Of a stretch of DNA of 64,000 nt, positions 52,596-62,611 are shown one piece after another (the stretch's first letter is position 1; the number at the start of each line of letters is the position of its first letter). The notes beneath the pieces were generated by a model, which made no database searches, had not been told where the DNA came from, and saw nothing but the letters and a program-made list of their open reading frames with translations. Position numbers and translations under genes: made by a program. This stretch comes from Alphaproteobacteria bacterium (GTDB lineage: Bacteria > Pseudomonadota > Alphaproteobacteria > CALKHQ01): the NCBI GenBank assembly GCA_041396705.1, contig JAWKYB010000002.1, positions 398,563 through 462,562 on the forward strand, written 5' to 3'.

Positions 52596-53858
52596 ATGAG
52601 ACGGGTAGTGGTCACCGGCATCGGGCTGCTGACGCCGCTGGGCGTCGGCATCGATGTCAATTGGCGCCGCCTGATGAACGGCGAATCGGGCCTCCGCAGC
52701 ATCGCGCATTTCGAGACGGGCGACCGGCCGGCGACGATCGCCGGCCAGGTGCCGGTCGGCGAGGGGCCGGGCGAGTTCCACGCCGACAGCTATGTCACCC
52801 CGAAGGACCAGCGCCAGGTCGACCAGTTCATCGTCTACGCGCTCGCCGCCGGCCAGATGGCGGTCGAGCATTCCGGCTGGGTGGCCGAGACCGACGCGCA
52901 GCAGGTCCGCACTGGCGTGATGATCGGCTCCGGCATCGGCGGCCTGCAGACCATCTACAACGGCTCGCTGACCCTGCACGAGCGCGGCCCGCGCCGGATC
53001 TCGCCGCACTTCATCCCGGCCGCGCTGATCAACCTGGCCTCCGGGCGGCTGTCGATCAAATACGGCTTCCGCGGCCCGAACCATTCCGCGGTGACCGCCT
53101 GCGCCACCGGCGCGCACGCCATCGGCGACGCGGCCCGGCTGATCATGCTGGACGACGCCGACGTGATGGTCGCCGGCGGCGCCGAGGCCGCGATCTGCCG
53201 GCTCGGCATCGCCGGCTTCGCCGCGGCACGGGCGCTGTCGACCGGCTTCAACGACCGGCCGCAGGAAGCCTCGCGGCCCTGGGACGAGGCCCGCGACGGC
53301 TTCGTGATGGGCGAAGGCGCCGGCATCGTGGTGCTGGAGGAGCTGGAGCACGCCCGCCGGCGCGGCGCCAACATCCTGGCCGAGGTCGTCGGCTACGGCC
53401 TCAGCGGCGACGCCCACCACATCACCTCGCCGGCCGAGAATGGCGACGGCGCCATCCGCGCCATGCAGAACGCATTGAAGCGCGCCGGCCTCAGCCCGGG
53501 CGACGTCGACTACATCAATGCGCACGCTACCTCGACGCCGGCCGGCGACGTGGTCGAGCTGCGGGCGATCCGCACCGTGTTCGGCAACGATGTCGGGCGC
53601 ATCCCGATGTCGTCGACCAAGTCGGCGATCGGCCACCTGCTCGGGGCGGCCGGCAGTGTCGAGTCGATCTATGCGATCCTCGCCATCCAGAAGAACGGCG
53701 TGCCGCCGACGCTGAACCTGCACGAGCCCTCGCCGGAGGCGACCGGCATGGACCTGGTGCCGCTGTCCGGGCGCGACCACCCCTGCCGCATCGCGATGTC
53801 GAACGCATTCGGCTTCGGCGGGACCAACACCTCGCTGATCTTCCGCGCGGTGGATTGA
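52596..53858 (+). CDS. fabF: Beta-ketoacyl-ACP synthase II
   Basis: MRRVVVTGIGLLTPLG N-terminus, active-site Cys (AVTACATGAHAIG), the two catalytic His motifs and the C-terminal NAFGFGGTN. Confidence 0.9.
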   Translation: MRRVVVTGIGLLTPLGVGIDVNWRRLMNGESGLRSIAHFETGDRPATIAGQVPVGEGPGEFHADSYVTPKDQRQVDQFIVYALAAGQMAVEHSGWVAETDAQQVRTGVMIGSGIGGLQTIYNGSLTLHERGPRRISPHFIPAALINLASGRLSIKYGFRGPNHSAVTACATGAHAIGDAARLIMLDDADVMVAGGAEAAICRLGIAGFAAARALSTGFNDRPQEASRPWDEARDGFVMGEGAGIVVLEELEHARRRGANILAEVVGYGLSGDAHHITSPAENGDGAIRAMQNALKRAGLSPGDVDYINAHATSTPAGDVVELRAIRTVFGNDVGRIPMSSTKSAIGHLLGAAGSVESIYAILAIQKNGVPPTLNLHEPSPEATGMDLVPLSGRDHPCRIAMSNAFGFGGTNTSLIFRAVD

Positions 53859-53972
53859 CGGTCGGCCGGCCCGCGCGGCCGGCACGACAAGTCGCAGGTG
53901 CCGGACCGGGGGCAGCCGCGACAGGATGTGTGACCCCGGCGACCAGTGTCAGCGATCGGGCCGGAGCCGCCA

Positions 53973-55055
53973 ATGCTGAAGTTCCTCGGCCGTCTTGTCG
54001 GTCTGGTGCTCATCCTCGGGCTTGTCGCCGCGGGCATTTTCGCCTGGGGCTGGGCGCGCTACACGGCACCGGGACCGCTGCAGACCGAGACCCGGGTGGT
54101 GATCGCGCGCGGCTCGTCCGTCGACCAGATCGCGCAGACGCTGAGCGACGCCGGCGTCATCGAGGACCCGATGATCTTCAAATACGCCGACTGGCTGGAG
54201 CGGACGGTGATCGCGCCCGACGCGGCGGCGCCGCTGCGCGCCGGCGAGTTCGCGATGCCGGCGGGGATCAGCGCGCGCGAGGCGCGCCAGCAGCTGATCG
54301 ACGGCCCGCTGGTGCAGCGCCGGCTGACGGTGCCCGAAGGCCTGACCACCGAGCAGATCCTGCGGCTGGTCAACGAGGCCGAGGGCCTGACCGGCGACAT
54401 CGAGACGGCGTTCGACGAGGGCGAGCTGCTGCCGGAGACCTATTTCTACGAGTTCGGCGATAGCCGCGAATCGCTGATCCAGCGCATGCACGACGACATG
54501 CAGGCGGTGCTGGCCGAGATGTGGCCGCAGCGCGCCGACGAGCTGCCGGTCGAATCGCAGGACGAGGCGGTGATCCTGGCGTCGATCGTGCAGGAGGAGG
54601 CCGGCAACGTGCAGGAGATGCCGCGCGTCGCCGCCGTCTTCATCAACCGGCTGAAGCGGGGCATGCGGCTGCAGGCCGACGCCACGGTGGAATACGGCAT
54701 CACGCTGGGCACCGGCCCGCTCGGCCGGGGCCTGCTGCGCTCGGAGCTCGAGACGCTGACGCCCTACAACACCTACATGATCGACGGCCTGCCGCCGACG
54801 CCGATCGCCAACCCGGGCCGCGAGGCGATCGAAGCGGTGCTGCGCCCGGCGCAGACCGACGAGCTGTACTTCGTCGCCGACGGCAGCGGCGGCCACGCCT
54901 TCGCGCGCACGCTGGAAGAGCATGAACGCAACGTGCAGCGCTGGCGTGAACTGGAGCGCGAGCGAGCCCAGGCGACCGAGCAGGACGGGCAGGGCGAGGA
55001 CAGTGGCGAAGAAGCGCCCGAGGGCGAAGGCGCGGACGACGGCGCCGGCAACTGA
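53973..55055 (+). CDS. mltG: Endolytic murein transglycosylase MltG (YceG-like)
   Basis: N-terminal TM (MLKFLGRLVGLVLILGLVAAGIFAW) plus YceG domain. Conserved position after fabF. Confidence 0.85.
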   Translation: MLKFLGRLVGLVLILGLVAAGIFAWGWARYTAPGPLQTETRVVIARGSSVDQIAQTLSDAGVIEDPMIFKYADWLERTVIAPDAAAPLRAGEFAMPAGISAREARQQLIDGPLVQRRLTVPEGLTTEQILRLVNEAEGLTGDIETAFDEGELLPETYFYEFGDSRESLIQRMHDDMQAVLAEMWPQRADELPVESQDEAVILASIVQEEAGNVQEMPRVAAVFINRLKRGMRLQADATVEYGITLGTGPLGRGLLRSELETLTPYNTYMIDGLPPTPIANPGREAIEAVLRPAQTDELYFVADGSGGHAFARTLEEHERNVQRWRELERERAQATEQDGQGEDSGEEAPEGEGADDGAGN

Positions 55056-55061
55056 CCGGCC

Positions 55062-56171
55062 TCAGGCGATCCGCCGCCGGAACAGCCAGGCGGCCGCCGA
55101 CATGGTGCACAGCGCGATGACGGCAAGCGGCCAGGCGTTGTCCAGCACCGTGGCCGCGGGCATGTCCTTGGTGAACAGCCCGTTGATGATGACCAGGAAA
55201 TGGCGCAGCGGGTTGACCACGGTCAGCGCCTGCAGCCAGTCGGGCATGTTTTCCACCGGGGTGGCGAAGCCCGACAGCAGGATCGCCGGCGCCGCGAACA
55301 CGAAGGCGCCGAGGAAGGCCTGCTGCTGGGTCTGGGCGACGGCCGAGATGAACAGCCCGATCCCGATCACGGCGACCAGGTAGACCGCCAGGCTGGCATA
55401 GAGCAGCCAGGTCGCCCCGGTGAACGGGATGCCGAACACCAGCGTCGCGATCGCCAGGAAGATGGTGCCCTGGACCAGGCCGATGATCAGCGACGGCACG
55501 CTCTTGCCGATCACGATCTCGGCCGGGGTCAGCGGCGACACCATGAGCTGGTCGAAGGTGCCGAGCTCGCGTTCGCGCGCGACCGACAGCGCGGTCACCG
55601 AGATCCCGATCAGCAGGCCGATGGTGCCGATCAGGCTCGGCACGGTGAACCAGCGGTAGATCAGGTTGGGATTGAACCAGCTGCGCACCACCAGCGTGCC
55701 GGGCGGGGCCGGGCGGCCATAGGCATCGGCGGCGTCCGCGGCCATCGCCTGGACGATGCGTGCGACATAGCCCTGCACGATCTGGGCGGCGTTAGACCGG
55801 CGCCCGTCCAGGGCGATCTGCACGGTCGTCGGGCGGCCGGCGGCGATGTCGGCCGAGAAGCCCTGCGGGATATGCACCGCCGCCAGCACCTCCTGGGTAT
55901 CGATTAGCTCGGCGATCTCGGCCGGGCGCGCGACGGCGCGCACGGAGGTGAAGGTGGGCGTGCCGGCCAGACGCTCGACCAACTCGACCGACCAGCGGCC
56001 GCGATCCTGGTCGAGCACGGCCAGCGAGACGTTGCGGACCTCCAGCGTCGCGGCGAAGGCGAACACGAACAGCTGCACGATCGGCGGGCCGATCAGCACC
56101 ATGCGGCCGCGCCGGTCGCGCAGGATCGCCTGCAGCTCCTTGACGATCAGAGCTGCGATGCGCCCGCCCAC
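55062..56171 (-). CDS. ABC-2 type exporter permease, YbhR/YhhJ-like
   Basis: 369 aa from a GTG that sits 2 nt after the upstream TGA. Near-colinear with E. coli YbhR (...LIVKELQAILRD...FAFAATLEVRNVSLAVLDQD...VARERELGTFDQLMVSPL...). Confidence 0.8.
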   Translation of the reverse strand: MGGRIAALIVKELQAILRDRRGRMVLIGPPIVQLFVFAFAATLEVRNVSLAVLDQDRGRWSVELVERLAGTPTFTSVRAVARPAEIAELIDTQEVLAAVHIPQGFSADIAAGRPTTVQIALDGRRSNAAQIVQGYVARIVQAMAADAADAYGRPAPPGTLVVRSWFNPNLIYRWFTVPSLIGTIGLLIGISVTALSVARERELGTFDQLMVSPLTPAEIVIGKSVPSLIIGLVQGTIFLAIATLVFGIPFTGATWLLYASLAVYLVAVIGIGLFISAVAQTQQQAFLGAFVFAAPAILLSGFATPVENMPDWLQALTVVNPLRHFLVIINGLFTKDMPAATVLDNAWPLAVIALCTMSAAAWLFRRRIA

Positions 56172-56173
56172 GA

Positions 56174-57323
56174 TCAGTCCAGCCGCGGGCGGGTCACGCG
56201 CACCGCCAGCGCGAAGAACACCGCGCCGATGGCCAGCATCATGCCCAGGGCGGGCAGCAGCAGGTGCCAGATGTCGCCGGCCAGGAACAGCGTCTGCAGG
56301 CTGGCGACGAAGTGGCGGGCCGGCACCACGTGGGTCAGCGCGCGGATCGGCGCCGGCATGCTGTCGATCTCGAACACGAAGCCCGACAGCAGCATCGCCG
56401 GCAGGAAGCCGGTCAGGAGCGCCAGCTGCGAGGCGACGAACTGGTTCCGGGTCGCCGCCGAGATCAGGTAGCCCTGGCCCAGCGCCGGCACCAGGAATGC
56501 GGCGGAGGCCAGGCACAGGGCCCCGAACGACCCGCGCAGCGGCACCGCGAACAGGGTCAGCGCGATGGTCGTGCACATCAGCATCGAGGCCATTCCCAGC
56601 ACGAAGTAGGGTACGATCTTGCCGGCCAGCAGCTCCAGCCGGCCGATCGCCGTCGCCATCATCGCCTCCATGGTGCCGCGCTCCCACTCGCGGGCGATCA
56701 CCAGCGCGGTCAGCAGGGTGCCGATCAGCGTCATCACCAGTGCGACCGTGCCGGGCACCAGGAAGTTGCGGCTGACCAGCTCCTCGTTGAACCAGACCCG
56801 GGGCGCCAGCGCGATCGGCGGGCTGAGCGACCGGCCGCCGTCCAGCGCGCGGGCGCCCTGCCACGCCTGCCAGACGCCCTCGGCGTAGTTGTGGACGAAG
56901 TTGGCGGTGTTCGGCTGGGTACCGTCGGCGATGACCTGGATCGCCGGGGCGCCGGCGCCGCCGCTCATCCGGGCGCCGAAGCCGGCCGGGATGACGACGA
57001 TGCCGCGCACGGTGCCTGCGACCAGGTCGGCCTCGGGCCCGTGCCGGTCGTGGGCGAGGCGCGCGTCGAAGAAGCGCGAATGGGCGAAGGCCGCGGCGAG
57101 GTCGCGCGCGTCGGCCGAATCGTCCTCGACCACCAGCCCGATTGCGATCCGGGTCGATCGAGCGAGACGCCGTAGCCGAACAGGAACAGCAGCATCAGCG
57201 GCAGCACGAAGGCGATCAGGATACTGCTGGGGTCGCGCAGCACCTGGATCATCTCCTTCACCACCAGCGCGCGCGGAAACGGCCCGCGGGGCCGCCGCGG
57301 CGGGCGCAGCCGGCAGCGCTCAT
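56174..57323 (-). pseudogene. ABC-2 type exporter permease, YbhS-like (or the permease domain of an RbbA-like fusion). At least two 1-nt frameshifts are needed relative to an intact reading frame.
   Basis: Three collinear pieces lie in three frames. (1) [19 protein letters not shown]. (2) [37 protein letters not shown]. (3) [19 protein letters not shown]...IDSMPAPIRALTHVVPARHFVASLQTLFLAGD...RPRLD. Together they reconstruct a YbhS-like protein almost end to end. Confidence 0.6.
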
Positions 57324-59049
57324 GCCGCCTCGCGCCGCGCGCCCGTCGAACGATTGATCCAGCGCGATGAAGGCGTCCTCCAGCGGTCGGCTTCCGGCTG
57401 CGCGGACGTCCGCGCCTGTTCTCCTTCAGCGCGTCGGGCGAGCCGGTGGCGATCTCGCGGCCGCGGTAGATCAGCGCGATCCGGTCACAATACTCCGCCT
57501 CGTCCATGAAGTGGGTGGTCACCATGATGGTGACGCCCTTCTCGACCATGCCGTTGATGTGGGTCCAGAATTCGCGCCGGGTGATCGGGTCGACGCCGGA
57601 GGTGGGCTCGTCGAGGAACAGCACGGCAGGCTCGTGCATCACCGCGCAGGCCAGCGCCAGCCGCTGCTTGATGCCGAGCGGCAGCTCGCCGGCCGAGGCG
57701 CCGAGATAGGGGCCGAGGTCGAAGATCTCGACCATGCGGCCGATTTGCGTCCGGCGGCGCCGACCGGCAAGCCCGTAGGCGCCGGCGAAGAAGGCCAGGT
57801 TCTGGCGCACGCTGAGATTGCCGTAGAGCGAGAATTTCTGCGCCATGTAGCCGAGCCGGCGCCGGGCGTCGCTGGAGGCCGTCTTCAGGTCCAGGCCGGC
57901 GACAAGCGCGCGGCCCTCGCTGGGCTGTAGCAGCCCGCACAGCATCTTGAAGGTGGTCGACTTGCCGGCGCCGTTGGGACCGAGGAAGCCGAACACCTCG
58001 CCGCGGGCGATGCGGAATGAGACATCGTCGACCGCGGTGAACTCGCCGAACCGCCGCGTCAGGTGCACCGCCTCGATCACCGCGCCGTCGCCGGCCGGCG
58101 CCGTCGGCATCGATTCGGCCAGGCTCGACCGTCCGCCCGGCCCACCGCCGAGGATGTCGACGAAGGCGTCCTCGAAGCGTGGCGACACCGGCTGCAGCCG
58201 GGCGCCGTCGAGGCCGGGCAGCGCGGCCGGCACCGCGGGCGTGGCGGGCTCGCGCAGCACCAGGCGGACGGCGCTGCCCTGGATCACGCCGTCGATCACC
58301 GCCGGCGATTCCAGCGCGCGCGCCAGCACGGCGCGGCGCCCGCCCGCGATGCCGGTCAGGTGCATGGTGCGGCCGGCGACCCGCGCGGTCAGCCCGGCCG
58401 GCGGCCCGGCGAACAGCAGGCGACCTTCGTTCAGCAGCAGCACGTCGTCGCACTGCTCGGCCTCGTCGAGATAGGCGGTCGACCACAGCACCGCGATGCC
58501 GTCGTCGACCAGGGTGCGGACCATGCGCCACAGCTCGCGACGCGAGATCGGGTCGACGCCGACGCTGGGTTCGTCCAGCAGCAGCAGCCGCGGCCGCTGG
58601 ATCAGGGCGCAGGCCAGCCCCAGCTTCTGCTTCATGCCGCCGGACAGCGCGCCGGCGAGCCGTCCGGTGAAGCAGGCGAGGTCGGTGAACTGCAGCAGGC
58701 GGTCGAGCTGCGCCTGCCGTTCCGCGCCGACCACGCCGCGCAGGTCGGCGTAGAGCCGGAGATTCTCGCCGACGGTCAGGTCCTCGTAGAGCCCGAAACG
58801 CTGCGGCATGTAGCCGGCGCGCTCGCGCACCGCGGTCGGCGCGGCGGCCACATCCAGGCCGTCGACCGTGACGGTGCCGGCATCGCTGCGCAGCAGGCCG
58901 AGCATCAGCCGGATCAGCGTGGTCTTGCCGGCTCCGTCCGGCCCGACCAGCCCGGTGAATCGGCCGGGGGCGACCTGCAGGTCGATGCCGTCGAGCGCCG
59001 GCCTGCCCGCCGGCGCGAAGCGCTTGGTCAGGCCTTCGACGACGATCAC
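57258..59049 (-). CDS. ABC transporter ATP-binding protein with tandem nucleotide-binding domains (YbhF/RbbA-like). The C-terminal about 40 codons are only recoverable after a frameshift at about 57410.
   Basis: NBD1 carries [21 protein letters not shown] and [15 protein letters not shown]2 carries [21 protein letters not shown] and [10 protein letters not shown]. After ...[11 protein letters not shown] the conserved LEDAFIALD tail lies in the +2 frame, which stops at TGA 57258-57260. The as-given frame (ORF 56965..59049) reads Arg-rich sequence into the permease. Confidence 0.7.
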
Positions 59050-60038
59050 GGCGCCGGCTCCAACGTCACGGTCACCGGCATGCCCTGGCGCAGGCCGTTG
59101 TCGGGGTCGTCGACGATCACCCGCAGGCGATAGACCAGATCGGTGCGCAGGTCGGCGGTCTCCACGCTCTTGGGCGTGAACTCGGCAACCGGCGAGATGA
59201 AGCCGATGTGGCCGGCATAGGCGCGGTCCGGCGCGCTGTCGGTGGCGACAGAGGCGGCCATGCCGGCATGGATGCGGCCGAGGTCGGGCTCGGTGACGTA
59301 GGCGCGGACCCAGACCGGGTCGCTCAGCGTCACCGCATAGACCGGCGCGCCCGCCGCCATGATCGCGCCGGGTTCGGCGATGCGGGTCAGCACGACGCCG
59401 CCCTCGGGTGCGGTCAGCCGGGCGTCGGCCAGGTCGGTGAGCGCGCGGGCGAGGCTGGCCTCGGCGATGTCGAGATTGGCCCGCGCCGCCTCCACGTCCT
59501 CGGCCCGGAAGCCTTCGGCGACGAGGTCGTAGGCGCGCTGGGCCGAGCGCAGCCGCGCCTCGGCCTCCGAGCGCTGCGAACGCAGGTCGTCATAGGCCTG
59601 CTGCGCCGCGAAGCCGCTGTCGAGCAGCTGGGCCTGGCGGTTGAGGTTGCGGACGATGTTGTCGAGCTCGGACTGGCGCTCGGCCACCTGCGCCTCGGCC
59701 TGGGCGATCTCGGCCGGCCGCGAGCCTGCCTCGAACTTCTGCAGGTTGGCCTGCTGCAGCGCGACCTGGGCCTCGGCCAGGCGGACGTTGTCCTCCAGCG
59801 GCTGGCTGTCCAGCTCGGCCAGCAACTGGCCGGCGGCGACCGGGTCGCCTTCCTCCAGGTGCATCCGGGCCAGCCGGCCGCCGACGCGGAAGCCGAGCTC
59901 GACCTGGCGCACGTCGACATTGCCGTACAGCACGATGGTGCCGTCATTGGCCGGTTCCTCGCGCGGCCACAGGACGTACCAGCCGGCTGCGCCCGCCGCG
60001 GCCAGTGCCAGCACGACGATGGGAATGCGCCGGTTCAT
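59046..60038 (-). CDS. HlyD-family membrane fusion/periplasmic adaptor protein (YbhG/YhiI-like)
   Basis: 330 aa with an N-terminal anchor ([24 protein letters not shown]), a coiled-coil hairpin and a beta-barrel C-terminus. ATGA overlaps with the TetR stop and the ATPase start. Confidence 0.85.
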   Translation of the reverse strand: MNRRIPIVVLALAAAGAAGWYVLWPREEPANDGTIVLYGNVDVRQVELGFRVGGRLARMHLEEGDPVAAGQLLAELDSQPLEDNVRLAEAQVALQQANLQKFEAGSRPAEIAQAEAQVAERQSELDNIVRNLNRQAQLLDSGFAAQQAYDDLRSQRSEAEARLRSAQRAYDLVAEGFRAEDVEAARANLDIAEASLARALTDLADARLTAPEGGVVLTRIAEPGAIMAAGAPVYAVTLSDPVWVRAYVTEPDLGRIHAGMAASVATDSAPDRAYAGHIGFISPVAEFTPKSVETADLRTDLVYRLRVIVDDPDNGLRQGMPVTVTLEPAP

Positions 60039-60730
60039 GACGTCGCCTCCGCCTGGCTGTCGAGGATTGCGGCGACCTGGCGGCGGATCACCGCACGGAT
60101 CGCGGCGGTGCGCTCGGGCGTGTAGGCGGTCCAGCCGAGCGCGCGCTGGGCGGTGGCGCGCGCGGCGCGGAACACCAGGATCTGGCCGAACAGGGTGGTG
60201 GTGACGATCACCACCTCGGCATCGTCGGCCGGACGGCCGCGCAGGCGGCCGACCAGGCGGCAGCACAGGCCGTGCAGCCCGCGCATGAAGCCGTCGTAAA
60301 TCACGTCGAAGGCGGGCGACGGGTCCATCTGCTCGCGGATCACGAATCTGGCCCAGCGTTCGGCCTCGGCGCTGCCGATCAGCATCGCGGCCAGCGAATC
60401 CAGAACGTCGAGCAGCAGGGTGCGGGCGGCATCGCCCGACGGCTCGCCGGTGCCGAGCGCAGCGTGGACCCGGGCCACCATCGGCGCCTGGCGCGCCGCG
60501 ATCTCGGCGACGATGTGCTCGGCGACCGCCCGGTAGAGCCCCTCCTTGCCGCCGAAGTAGTAGCCGATGGCGGCGAGGTTCACGCCGGCCGCCGCGGCCA
60601 GCGTGCGTGTCGTCGCGCCGTCGTAGCCGGCATGACCGAACACGTCGAGCGCCGCCTCGACGATCCGTTGCCGGCTGTCGTCGCCGCGCCGGTAGCCGCC
60701 CTTGCGCCTTGCGGAGCCGCCTTCGTCCAT
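60035..60730 (-). CDS. TetR/AcrR-family transcriptional regulator (CecR/YbiH-like), first gene of the exporter operon
   Basis: N-terminal HTH (RIVEAALDVFGHAGYDGATTRTLAAAAGVNLAAIGYYFGGKEGLY) plus a ligand-binding domain. Confidence 0.85.
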   Translation of the reverse strand: MDEGGSARRKGGYRRGDDSRQRIVEAALDVFGHAGYDGATTRTLAAAAGVNLAAIGYYFGGKEGLYRAVAEHIVAEIAARQAPMVARVHAALGTGEPSGDAARTLLLDVLDSLAAMLIGSAEAERWARFVIREQMDPSPAFDVIYDGFMRGLHGLCCRLVGRLRGRPADDAEVVIVTTTLFGQILVFRAARATAQRALGWTAYTPERTAAIRAVIRRQVAAILDSQAEATS

Positions 60731-60813
60731 CGCGACCGCATCCTTTCAATTTAAAACATACGTTTGATTTTATTTCGACGCAAGCCCGTCGCGGGTCCGG
60801 CCCCTGCAGCGTG
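60731..60813 (-). promoter_or_regulatory. AT-rich promoter/operator region of the TetR-exporter operon
   Basis: On the minus strand: TTGCGT, then 17 nt, then TATGTT, followed by TTAAATTGAAAGGATGCGGTCGCG-ATG. This is the only AT-rich intergenic segment in the window. Confidence 0.35.
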
Positions 60814-61605
60814 TCAGCCTTCGGCGGAGTCCTTCGCGGGCAGGCGCCGCAGCAGGCGGTCGGCCCAGGCGCAGGGCAGGGTGGCGACCAGCCAGCCGGC
60901 GAAGTGGGTGGGCCACGGAAAGGCAATCCGCGCCCGGTCGCGGGCCAGCCCGCGCGCGACGATCCCGGCTGCCCTGTCCGCCGACATCAGGAACGGCATG
61001 CGGAACCGGTTGATCGCGGTCATCGGCGTCGCGACGAAACCGGGGCAGATCACGCTGAGCCGGATGCCGGCCGGGGCGAGGTCGCTGCGCAGCGCCTCGC
61101 CATAGGCCTTCACCGCCGCCTTCGACGCGCTGTAGGCCGGCGCACCGGGAAACCCGCGGAATGCGGCCACGGACGCCATCAGCGCGACCTGGCCGCACCG
61201 GCGCGCGCGCATCCGGTCGATGGCGGGATGGATGGTATTGAGCACGCCGTCCAGGTTGACCGCCATCACGCGGCGCGCCTGGTCCTCGCTCTCGCTGCCG
61301 TCGCCGGTGCCGGCGGAGATGCCGGCATTGGCGATGACGAGATCGAGCGGCGCCAGCGCGTCGCTCGCCTCCACCCAGGCGCGCATCGCGGCACGGTCGG
61401 TCACGTCGACGGCGTCGACCGCGACCGCGGCGCCCAGGGTCCGGCAGGCCGCGGCGACGTCCGCCAGCTTGGTGCGGTCGCGGCCACCGAGCGCCAGTCG
61501 CACGCCGGGCGCCGCATAGCGGCGGGCCAGGGCGGCGCCGATGCCGCTGCTGGCGCCGGTGATCAGGATCGCGGTGGGCGCGGGATGGGCGCGCGGGCCG
61601 GCCAT
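60814..61605 (-). CDS. SDR-family NAD(P)-dependent oxidoreductase
   Basis: TGASSGIG cofactor motif and YSASKAA catalytic motif. The ORF extends to 61629; ATG at 61605 preferred. Confidence 0.78.
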   Translation of the reverse strand: MAGPRAHPAPTAILITGASSGIGAALARRYAAPGVRLALGGRDRTKLADVAAACRTLGAAVAVDAVDVTDRAAMRAWVEASDALAPLDLVIANAGISAGTGDGSESEDQARRVMAVNLDGVLNTIHPAIDRMRARRCGQVALMASVAAFRGFPGAPAYSASKAAVKAYGEALRSDLAPAGIRLSVICPGFVATPMTAINRFRMPFLMSADRAAGIVARGLARDRARIAFPWPTHFAGWLVATLPCAWADRLLRRLPAKDSAEG

Positions 61606-61693
61606 GGTCTCGCGGTTGTTGCCTCGCAATTGACGCCTGCTCTAGGTTCCACGCCAACCGACTGGCAAGACAAGCAGATTCCGAGTCCCCTGG

Positions 61694-62611
61694 ATGGCGA
61701 TAGCGAGCATGACCGGCTTTGCCCGGCAGGACAGCGCCCCGCAGGTGCATGCGCAGACCGACGGCAACGCCGAATGGCCGGCCTGGGCCTGGGAGGCGAA
61801 GAGCGTCAACAACCGCGGGCTCGACCTGCGCTGCCGGCTGCCGGCCGGATTCGAGCGGCTGGAGGTGGAAGTGCGGCGCCGCGCCCAGGCCGCCTTCTCC
61901 CGCGGCAGCCTGCAGATTGCCCTCACCATCGACCGCAGTCAGCGCGCGCGCCGCTTCCGCATCAACCGCGACTGGATCGATGCGCTGGTGGCGGAACGCG
62001 CGCGGCTGGGCGACCGGGTGGCCGGCGGGCCGCTGCAGTTCGAGGCCCTGATGGCGATCCGGGGCGTGGTCGAGGAAGAGGACGAGGCCGGTCCGGCCGA
62101 CGACACGGCGGCGCTGGATGCGGCGCTGCTGGCCGACGCCGAGGCGGCGATGCGCCGGCTGGCCGAAGCGCGCGCCGAGGAGGGTGCCCACCTGGAGCAG
62201 GCGCTGCGCGGCCAGCTGACCGAGATCGAGCAGCTGGTCGCCAAGGCCGGCGCGCTGGCCGGCACGCAGCCGGCGGCGATCCGCGGCCGGCTCGGCGACC
62301 TCGTCGCGTCGCTGCTGGTGGACAAGCCCGACATGCCGGCCGACCGGCTGGCGCACGAGGTGGCGCTGCTCGCGGCCAAGGCCGACATCCGCGAGGAGCT
62401 GGACCGGCTCGCCGGCCACGTCGCGGCGGCGCGCGGGCTGCTCGACGCCGGCGGCGCGATCGGGCGCCGGCTCGACTTCCTGTGCCAGGAGTTCAACCGC
62501 GAGGCCAATACCTTGTGCGCCAAGTCGGCCGACCTCGCGCTGACCGAGACCGGCCTGGGGCTGAAGGCCGTGATCGACCAGATGCGCGAGCAGGTCCAGA
62601 ATGTCGAGTAG
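61694..62611 (+). CDS. yicC: YicC-family stress-induced protein
   Basis: N-terminal MTGFAR motif, DUF1732-type C-terminus (LDFLCQEFNREANTLCAKS). Conserved yicC-gmk pair. Confidence 0.8.
   Translation: MAIASMTGFARQDSAPQVHAQTDGNAEWPAWAWEAKSVNNRGLDLRCRLPAGFERLEVEVRRRAQAAFSRGSLQIALTIDRSQRARRFRINRDWIDALVAERARLGDRVAGGPLQFEALMAIRGVVEEEDEAGPADDTAALDAALLADAEAAMRRLAEARAEEGAHLEQALRGQLTEIEQLVAKAGALAGTQPAAIRGRLGDLVASLLVDKPDMPADRLAHEVALLAAKADIREELDRLAGHVAAARGLLDAGGAIGRRLDFLCQEFNREANTLCAKSADLALTETGLGLKAVIDQMREQVQNVE

Noticed and set aside
53859-53972. Rho-independent terminator after fabF (GCCGGC-ccgcgcg-GCCGGC)
   Set aside because: Palindromic GC hairpin but no U-tract, so too weak to call.
56965-57257. 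Continuation of the ATPase ORF to 56965 (the 694-aa product)
   Set aside because: Downstream of about 57425 the frame yields Arg-rich sequence except for a 37-aa island that is really the permease N-terminus. The conserved LEDAFIAL tail sits in another frame.
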